Origin: a virus
DNA length: 64,000 nt
Virus record (IMG/VR): IMGVR_UViG_3300020419_001305
Location: 1 to 64,000 of that record
Reading direction: 5' to 3' (one strand)
This document shows, piece by piece, positions 38,382 through 47,500 of this stretch. The notes below the pieces were generated by a model. That model ran no database searches. It was not told the DNA's origin and saw nothing but the letters and a program-made list of their open reading frames with translations. The translations under genes were made by a program, and so were the position numbers. Position 1 is the first letter of the stretch; the number at the start of each line of letters is the position of its first letter.

Positions 38382-39092
38382 ATGGTAGATAAATTTATTT
38401 TTGATGTGGACGGAACACTCACACCTAGTAGACGGCAAATAGATGATGACTTTGCCGTTTTCTTTTCAGACTTCTGTGCTGAAAATGATGTATATCTTGT
38501 TACTGGAAGTGATAGAGAAAAAACAATCGAACAGGTTGGAGAAGAAATATACAGTCTTGCTGATAGAGTTTACAACTGTTCTGGAAGTGATGTCTGGGAA
38601 GGAAATGTAAATGTTTATACAAGCGACTGGCAAATACCAGAAGAAGCAGAAAAATGGCTCAAGGGAGAATGTAGGTGTAGTGAATTTCCTCTAAGGACAG
38701 GATTACATATTGAGAAAAGACCAGGTATGGTAAATTTCAGTGTTGTTGGTAGGAATGCTACAATGGGAGAACGTCAACTTTATGTTGAATGGGATACTAA
38801 AGAAAATGAACGAATTAAAATAGCTAAAGAATTCCAAAAGTTTTTTCCTGCTATCCAGGCAGTGGTAGGTGGTGATACTGGAATTGATATTTTTCCGTAT
38901 GGAAAAGATAAGGCCCAAATTATAAATGACTTTAATGAATTAGATGATACTTTACACTTTTTTGGAGATAGAATGGATCCTGCTGGAAATGATTATCCAC
39001 TTAAGAAAGTAATACTTGACAACGATCTTGGTGTATGCTACAATGTAGAAGGTTGGAAACACACATGGAAGTTATTAAAAAAACATGACTAA
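38382..39092 (+). CDS. HAD-IIB hydrolase, eukaryote-type phosphomannomutase-like
   Basis: FDVDGTLT, VTGSD, FFGDR..P.GNDY. Confidence 0.85.
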   Translation: MVDKFIFDVDGTLTPSRRQIDDDFAVFFSDFCAENDVYLVTGSDREKTIEQVGEEIYSLADRVYNCSGSDVWEGNVNVYTSDWQIPEEAEKWLKGECRCSEFPLRTGLHIEKRPGMVNFSVVGRNATMGERQLYVEWDTKENERIKIAKEFQKFFPAIQAVVGGDTGIDIFPYGKDKAQIINDFNELDDTLHFFGDRMDPAGNDYPLKKVILDNDLGVCYNVEGWKHTWKLLKKHD

Positions 39093-40116
39093 ACGTATAG
39101 GATTCGCATGTAAATACATGCACGAGAATCAAAACCAAAAAAAGAAAATATTAGAAGAAATACAAAGACCTTTGAATACAAGGTCAACAACTGTTGCTTG
39201 GTTAAATAGACAAACAAAAGAAGTAGCAGAAGAAAGATTATGGGATATTTGTAAACATAATATCCAATCATATTATAACTTGATAAAGTATGTAGGAGGA
39301 TTGCCACATGAGTTACGAATGGTTAGACTTGGTTCCGATGTATTGCCTGTTTATACTGAGCCTACTTGGGGCTATTTCTGGAAGTTACCTGATGTACGTA
39401 AATATTGCGAACAGGCTTTGGCACCAGTCGGTAAGTTGGCTCGCGATCTTGATGTACGCCTTAGTATGCACCCTGGTCAGTTTACTGTCCTTGCTAGTGC
39501 TAGTGACGATATAGTTGAAAGAAGTATAGAGGAGTTTGAATATCATGTTGATGTCGCCAGATGGATGGGCTTCGGCCAGCAATTCCAAGATTTTAAGATC
39601 AATGTCCACATCTCCGGCCGTAAGGGTCCAGCCGGTATCCTCGACATCCACCCAAGATTATCTCCGGAGGCGAGAAACACAATTACAATCGAGAACGACG
39701 AAAACTCGTGGGGGCTTGACGCAAGTCTTGAACTTGGACACAAACTCGCTTTGGTCCTCGACATACACCATCACTGGGTCAAAACAGGTGAGTATATTAA
39801 CCCCTCCGACGATAGATTTTCTCGCGTGATAGATAGCTGGCGTGGTGTACGTCCTGTTATACACTATTCTGTTTCTAGAGAAGATTATCTTGTAGATTTT
39901 GATCCTAATACAAAACCCGTAATGGATACACTATTGCTTGAAGGTTACAAAAAACAAAAACTAAGAGCCCATAGTGATTTTATGTGGAACAACTCAGTCA
40001 ATGATTGGGCATTAAGTTTTTGGGAACACGCAGATATTATGGTAGAGAGCAAGGCTAAAAACCTAGCTAGTGAGAAGTTATTTCAACACTGGATGTCAAC
40101 CACGCAACACTACTAA
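39085..40116 (+). CDS. uvdE: UV-damage endonuclease
   Basis: RIGFAC, RLSMHPGQF, IEND, LDIHHH, RAHSD, MVESK.K. Confidence 0.93.
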   Translation: MTKRIGFACKYMHENQNQKKKILEEIQRPLNTRSTTVAWLNRQTKEVAEERLWDICKHNIQSYYNLIKYVGGLPHELRMVRLGSDVLPVYTEPTWGYFWKLPDVRKYCEQALAPVGKLARDLDVRLSMHPGQFTVLASASDDIVERSIEEFEYHVDVARWMGFGQQFQDFKINVHISGRKGPAGILDIHPRLSPEARNTITIENDENSWGLDASLELGHKLALVLDIHHHWVKTGEYINPSDDRFSRVIDSWRGVRPVIHYSVSREDYLVDFDPNTKPVMDTLLLEGYKKQKLRAHSDFMWNNSVNDWALSFWEHADIMVESKAKNLASEKLFQHWMSTTQHY

Positions 40117-40123
40117 ATACAGT

Positions 40124-40684
40124 ATGCGTTTTTTAGAAATACAAGACTGCCAAAGAACCAAGGCTAGGACATGTCAATGTAAAGATATTGAAAAAATATC
40201 TGAAGATGTAGACATTCCGGTGGTAGCAATAAGTGATCTAGAACACTCCGATAAAGTCAAAGGTACTATATTATTCATGCAGAAGAAAGGTTCTCCTACT
40301 CTTATTAAAGGTAAAGTAACAGGATTAGAACCAGGAGCACATGGATTTCATATACACGAGTTCGGAGACCTAAGTCAAGGTTGTGAATCAGCAGGCGCCC
40401 ATTATAATCCAGACGGTGTAGATCATGGCGATCTCGAAGATGGACATGTGGGAGATTTAGGAAACATCGAAGCAAACGAAGACGGCATTGCCGAATTTTC
40501 TTTTCCAGCAAAAAGAGTAGAATTGATTGGTGAAAGAAGTATTGTAGGTAGAGCTGTTGTCGTTCACAGTGATGAAGATGATCTAGGTAAAGGCGGAGAC
40601 GCAGAAAGCCTTAAGACAGGTAACGCAGGCGACAGGTTAGCTTGTGGTGTTATTACCTTAACAAAAGGAGAAAATAATGATTAA
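40124..40684 (+). CDS. sodC: Cu/Zn superoxide dismutase
   Basis: HGFHIH, GAHYNP, H, GHVGDLGN, VVH, GNAG.RLACG; all metal ligands present; no signal peptide. Confidence 0.95.
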   Translation: MRFLEIQDCQRTKARTCQCKDIEKISEDVDIPVVAISDLEHSDKVKGTILFMQKKGSPTLIKGKVTGLEPGAHGFHIHEFGDLSQGCESAGAHYNPDGVDHGDLEDGHVGDLGNIEANEDGIAEFSFPAKRVELIGERSIVGRAVVVHSDEDDLGKGGDAESLKTGNAGDRLACGVITLTKGENND

Positions 40685-40841
40685 ATGGTTAAAATCAAGA
40701 ATCGAAGAACGTACTTCATGGGACGGCGCGGCCTTAATCCTAATGGGAGTTGTAGTTCTTATCGCGGGTCCATTCGCGAAGTTGGCGGCTTATGCGGCCA
40801 TTGCCTATGGAATATGGACAATCTGGAAAAAAGAGAACTAA
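40677..40841 (+). CDS. small two-TM protein (holin-like), 54 aa, absent from the ORF track
   Basis: AAGGAG RBS; MIKWLKSRIEERTSWDGAALI...WTIWKKEN. Confidence 0.7.
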   Translation: MIKWLKSRIEERTSWDGAALILMGVVVLIAGPFAKLAAYAAIAYGIWTIWKKEN

Positions 40842-41125
40842 AGTTCGTCTATAGTAACTTTGGAATCAACGGGTAAATTTAATTTATTTCGTTGCTCCAC
40901 TCCTTTACGTTGAGCAAAACGTTTAGGATCACAGGAAGGGCAAACGTGGACATAATAATCGTCAAGGCGTTTAGGATCTACTTTGCCCTTTTCTCTTCTA
41001 AACTCGTTATGGCACTCGTCACACTGAAAAATGGCATAACTACGTAGACGCTTGTAAGGATGGTTTTTTCCAGATTTACTTTTTCTAACGTAAAAACGTA
41101 TTTCTTTTTCTATTCTTATGAACAT
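40838..41125 (-). CDS. zinc-ribbon protein
   Basis: CDEC...CPSC; reverse TAAATA 4 nt upstream. Confidence 0.65.
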   Translation of the reverse strand: MFIRIEKEIRFYVRKSKSGKNHPYKRLRSYAIFQCDECHNEFRREKGKVDPKRLDDYYVHVCPSCDPKRFAQRKGVEQRNKLNLPVDSKVTIDEL

Positions 41126-41179
41126 ACTGTATTTATTTACGTTCGGATTATAAAAGATTACATAAATACTAAGGAGCAG

Positions 41180-41509
41180 ATGATGTCAAACATTGTATTT
41201 TTAACAGATCAAGCTAAAACTCAAATGGTTTCAATGCTTGAAGAACATGCTAAACAGGCAGTAAGACTGTCCTTAAAAGGCGGAGGTTGTGCTGGCTTTA
41301 AATATGATTGGACATTAACTGACGAAGCAGAAAAGGACGATGAGGTTATAGAACTTCCAAAAGGTAAGTTTTTAATTGATCCAGCTAGTATTATGTACTT
41401 GATAGGATCAAAAGTAGATTACAAAAAAGAAGTTTTTGGATCATATTTTTCAATCGAAAATCCAGCTTCAACATCAAGTTGTGGTTGTGGAGAGAGCATA
41501 GGATTTTAA
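41180..41509 (+). CDS. A-type Fe-S carrier (IscA/HesB family)
   Basis: GGGCAGF.Y, CGCGES; AAGGAG RBS. Confidence 0.93.
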   Translation: MMSNIVFLTDQAKTQMVSMLEEHAKQAVRLSLKGGGCAGFKYDWTLTDEAEKDDEVIELPKGKFLIDPASIMYLIGSKVDYKKEVFGSYFSIENPASTSSCGCGESIGF

Positions 41510-41512
41510 TTA

Positions 41513-44500
41513 ATGGCAAGACAAGATATTTACTTAGGGGTTGAGGGTAACGACGGTACTGGTGATAGTATCCGCGAAGCGTTTAAAAAAGCTAACGAGA
41601 ATTTTACAGAACTGTATGCTGTATTCGGGCAAGGCGGTACTATAAGTTTTACAGCTTTAAGTGATTCTCCTTCAGCTATTACACCCAACGGAGTTTTAAT
41701 TGGAAACACAACTGGTACAGAATTAATTGCGAAAACACTTACTGGTGGCACAGGAATATCTATAGATAATACCAGTTTAACAAATATTACAATTACAAAC
41801 ACTGGTGCTAATATTAATGCTGATACAAGTCCTATTTTAGGAGGACCTTTAAGTGGTAATGCTGTATATCCTATAGGAAAGATAAACACATCTGCCGCGG
41901 CTATAGCAGAATTTAATTCAACACACGCATCACAAATTACTATTGATGACATTGTTACAGACAAAAAATACCAAGATAAAAATTATGCACCACACACTAT
42001 TACACAATCTAACAAATCTGTATATGCTAGAACAGAGCCAACTGATGATAATGAATACACACAAACAATTACAGAATATAGTTCAGGTAATGTTGTTATA
42101 TCGGGTCACGGGTTTGATAACAGCTTCAATGGTACTCAGTGGAAATATTCTACTACAAATACAGCACCAAACGGTTTAACAAATAATACAAATTACTTTA
42201 TTAGATTTGTAAGTGAAAATCAAATTAGTTTACATACAAGTAAAGCAGAAGCACAAAACGATAACGATTTAACTAGAGTAAAAGTTAATATAGGTTTAGG
42301 AACTACAACTGCTGTCACAGGCACAGATGTAATTAAAGACCAAAGCTATAATGAAAGTCTATACGGTAATTACAGAGTAGACGAAGTAATGCCAAGAAAC
42401 GCTTCAGTAAGAAGACAAGGCGATGAATTAGCAGGGTCACTTTACCTAGCAGACCATCCAGGATATCTAGCAGGCACTACAGGACCAATAGAAGATAGAC
42501 AAGCGGCAACTAAACTTTATGTTGATAACTCTTCTTATGCTTCTACAGAAGATCTATTTGTTACTAAACAAGGTGACGATACACAGGCAAACACTCCAGT
42601 AGGATTTGAAGGTAGGGGTTTAAGTTATGCCTATGGTAGTTTAAAAGCGGCGGCCTTAAAGGCACAAGAAATTATGGAGTCAGCTCCTATTGAACCTGGT
42701 GCCTATAGACAAACTATTACATACAACGCAGGTGATAATATATCACTTGTTACACTAGCTGAAACAAAAACAACAAATGCTTTGGCAAAAAGTGCTATTA
42801 AATATTTACAAGGCAGTAAAAAGTTTGTACAGAAATCTGTTGTTGATTATGTAAAAGATAATTTCCCACAACATAGTTTCTTTGACACTAATGTTATTAA
42901 TAAAAATACAGAAAGTTTATTATTTAAAAATAAAAAGTTTATACAAGAAGAAGTAACAGCTTGGATCAACTATCAAATTAATACAGGCGCTACAGTAAGT
43001 TATAGTGACGGTACAGCTAACTTTACAGGATTTAAATATAGTTCGGCAAAGTGTAAAAGAGATGTAGGCTATATTGTTGATGCTTGGGAAAATGACTTAG
43101 CTAGAGGCGGCAACATTGAAACAAGAAGAATAGCATCAAGCTATCTAGCTGGTGCTGTAAATGCTGTCAATAAAAATACATCTAACGCAGGCAATACAGT
43201 TAATCAAATAGCACAAACAAATGCCGCACTTGAATTTGCTAGAGATCTTGTTAAAGATTATATTTTAACAGGAACAGCATATCCGACAAAACAAGGTTAC
43301 TTCCAAGTTAACGCATCTAACTTAACAGCAAACGCATTTAGATTCTATATAGGTACATCATCATATGCTAATGTATATGTAAACGGCGGAGTTGTTACTA
43401 AATCAGACGGGACGGCACTTAATGTAAGTAATTTTACCTATGATTATACAACAGGATTTGCTGATGTAACTACTACTACAACACACGGATTGTCCGCAGG
43501 TAACACAGTCCAATTAACAGGTGTAAATGTTAATTGTACTTACGATGGTGCTACTACAGAAAAAATATATCCAGAGCTAAACAGCCAAGCAAATTGTTAT
43601 AAATTTGTAGTTCAAAATGCTGACTTCTTAGGAAATAGTCCTACAACTAACGGTTTCCAAATATATGTAGGACCTAGTAAATATGCTCACACTTATATTA
43701 GTGGCGGTACAGCAAAAGGAAACCTAACAGAATTTTCACCAACAGGAGCAACATATAATCCAACAACTGGAGATATGGTAATTACTATTGGAAGTCACAG
43801 CTTAACAACATCAAACACAATAGAAATAGAACCAAACAGTTTTACATTTACCTGTGCGAAAGATAATAATGCTACTCTTCATTCTTATCCAAGAAAAGAA
43901 TCTGTTACATCATCACCAAGCAGTGATCCAGCATATAATACAGCTTTAGCAATTACGGCAGTTGGCGGAACAACAATTACAGTCAACGTAGGGATATCTT
44001 CAGATACAAGTGCACACACTTTTGTAGGTGCTAGAAGAAATGCTGTAAAATATTACACAGCAAACACAAGTATTTCAGGATTTAATTACAGTAATACAAA
44101 CGGGTATGCTACAGTAACAACGTCAAGTGCTCATGGACTAGTCGCAGGTAATAAAGTTGAATTAGCAGACATATATCTATCTTGTACTGCTCCTACAACA
44201 AGTAACACATATTACCCACAACCTATATATGGTGACTATGGAACAGGTAACAGTGACATTCCTACAAGAGCAACAGCATTAACAGAACTTATAGTTGATG
44301 TTATTGCCAACGGATTAGGTAAAGTTCCTGCTCCAGTACAACCGCAAAAATCTAATAACACCTGTGAAAGAGATTTAGGATTAATAATCGATGGAATGAT
44401 TATTGATATAAGGAACGGAACCAACTCTAACTTCAATGCCTTACAAGCGGCTAAGAGATACTTTAGTACACCAAGTGGAGCTAAAGCTAGAATAAGTCAA

Positions 44501-47500
44501 AAAGCAGAAACACTTGCGGCATTGACAAAAGCAAAATCATATGTTAGAAGTGTAGTTTCAAATACGGATTTAAAAAGACAATCAAGATTGTTTTCAGTTG
44601 AAAGTGCCAACTTAACTACAACACAATTTCAAATTGCTGTAGGAACTTCGAATACAGTACACACTTATGTAAGAGGCGGAACAGTTACTTTTGGAAATAC
44701 TGTCTTTACTATTAACAATTTTTCATATAATAATGTTACAGGAAAAGGATTAATTACTACAACTACAGCACATGGATTAACAACAGGTAATGTTGTACAG
44801 ATTGATGATGTAGTATTTGAATGTAATACTGGTATAAAAGAATATCCTGGAGAGTTTTCAACAGATATTCCACAATACTTAGATAGTACATTAACAACAG
44901 TATCAGATACCATTAAAAATGCTTTAGACAACCAATTTGATATTATTATAGACATTTTAACAAATGGATTTACAGCAGTTGATACTTATACCGTAGTAGA
45001 AGGTAGTACATATAAAATACAATTTAGTAATGGTGGATCAAACTATTATACTGATCAAGGTATAAACAGCAACGTAGATATACTTCCAGGAAAAATTATT
45101 GTAGGTAAAACTACCGGAGCAAGAGGTAGAATTGTAAAATATACAAGTGGTGTAGATTTAGGTAATGTTGCCTACGACGAAGTAGAAGTAGTATTAGTTG
45201 AACCAAAAGAATTTAGAATCGGTGAGGAACTAGAGTATGGTAATGGAACAAAAGAGAAACAAATTTGTATCCATGTAGAATCAGGAATATACTACGAAGA
45301 TTATCCAATCAAAGTTCCGGATAACGTTTCTATTAAAGGTACAGACTTTAGACGTTGTCAAATTAGGCCGGCTCCTAGAATTTCTCAATCACCTTGGGCT
45401 AAAACTTATTTTTATAGAGATAAACTTTTAGACAACTTACAAATTACAGACTTTACCGGAGCCGATATTGCTACGGCACAAGATATTACGCTTACAGGAA
45501 TAAATGAAGCAGGTGGAATTATCACTGTTAGTCCAGCAGATAATATTGCTCCTATCGCTTGGGACGGTGCTTGGTTCTATACAGATAACGGCGCAGTTGG
45601 ATTAATTTCAAATGCTGATGGCGGAAGTGATTTTAATGTTACTTTGACTGTAGACATTTTACCAAACTTAGGTACAATAAGTGCAGGTGCTTGGCACGTT
45701 AAGAAAACTGTAAATTACGGATATCACTATCTAACTGATCCAGGAGACGCAACCAGTGTAGCAAAACGTAACGATCAAATGGACGTATTCTTAATGAATG
45801 ATGCTACAAGGTTAGCAAACATGTCATTCCAAGGACACGGTGGATTTGCTCAGGTACTTGACCCAGCAGGACAGGTTCTAATTAAATCTCCATATACACA
45901 GGTTTGTGGAAGTTTCTCAGGTAGTGCTAACAAACAAGCATTTAGAGGTGGTATGTTTATTGATGGTTTCTCAGGAAACTTAGAAACTGTTATCACAAGT
46001 AAAGATGACAATTATACACTTAATGTTCAATCAGCGGCTGGCACAGGTTTAAGAGTTAGAAGACCACAAACACCAGCACCGTTCTTTATAAACGGAGTAA
46101 GATACCAAGTTGATGCTATTTCAGAATATGATGGCGGAGCAGGTACTGCCAAACTGTTAATTAATAAACTATCAAATGGCGGAAGTGGTTATTCAGATGC
46201 TATACCAGGAGGCGGTACAAACATCTTTATTCAAACTGCTGGTAACAGAAGTATGTTGGCAAACGACTATACTCAGGTTAACGATTTAGGTTATGGATTA
46301 TTTGTTAACAACGCAGGACTTTCAGAACAAGTTTCAACTTTTACATATTATAACCACATTGCTTTCTTTAGTAATAATGGTTCAGAAATTAGAGCCCTTA
46401 ACTGTTCTAACGCAAATGGTAACTTTGGTTTAGTTGCGGCAGGATCAGATCCAAACGAAACTGTTGATGCTATCACATCTATTAGAACTATGCAACAACC
46501 AGCAAAAGTTTATAACGATGCTAGTAACACTTACGGCTTTGGTGCTATTTCACATGCGGCAGGTGTTAACACAATCCATTTATATGATTGTGATTATCAT
46601 CCTTATCCGAACAGTTTAATTGATGTATATGAAAGAGATGGTAGTGGCAATATTACGGCACTAAACACTTACGAAGTTACAGCAGTATCAGTCTTATCAG
46701 TACCTACTTCAAACTCAGGAGGGTACAGTGGTGCTACAGGTCCTACGGGACGTAAAGGTGCTAACTTACCAATTTACAGATTAAATATTTCAGGAGATAC
46801 TGGACTAGCAAGTGCTATAACAGGAAATCATAATCCTTCATTGGCATCAGATGCTTCATCATATGTGATAATGAGAATGAACAAGAATCACTTGTTCTCA
46901 GGTGTATCAGGTGTGACAAGTATACGACCTTCAACAGCATTAATATTTGATGAGAATCCAGGAAGAGTATACAGAACAATTAGTTTTAACAATCAAGATT
47001 CTGATAATAGTGCATTAGCGGCAGATAGATTCCAAATTGTTTTTGATTCAGGATTTAGTCATTTAAATCTTACAGTAAATCAAACAGAGGCAGTAAACAA
47101 TACATACGCTGGTTCTGGAACAACAATGGGTGCGACAGTAGGTGACGTTGTCATTGCTATCGAAAAACTTACTGCTACTGGTATAGCTAGAATTAACAAC
47201 AACGATATGATTATGGCTTGGGGTGGTAAATTACACCAAGTTACAAATTATACAGATAGAACAACATTTGCCACAGTACAACTAGGTGATGTTGCGGCAT
47301 CAAACATTAACAGTGACAGTGGATTATTCAGTGGAGCAGGTATAGCTAAAAAAGTTTACAGCGCCGGTGGAACCACTGCTATAACATTAACATTATCATT
47401 AGCAGGAAACGAAGCCGCTAATATTACAGTTGGTATCTCAACACTTAGAGCAAACGGACACGACTTTGATAAAATAGGTACTGGTGGATTTAATACAACT

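Noticed and set aside
40685-40876. 63-aa ORF in the track
   Set aside because: The frame starting at 40677 has the RBS and a coherent two-TM product
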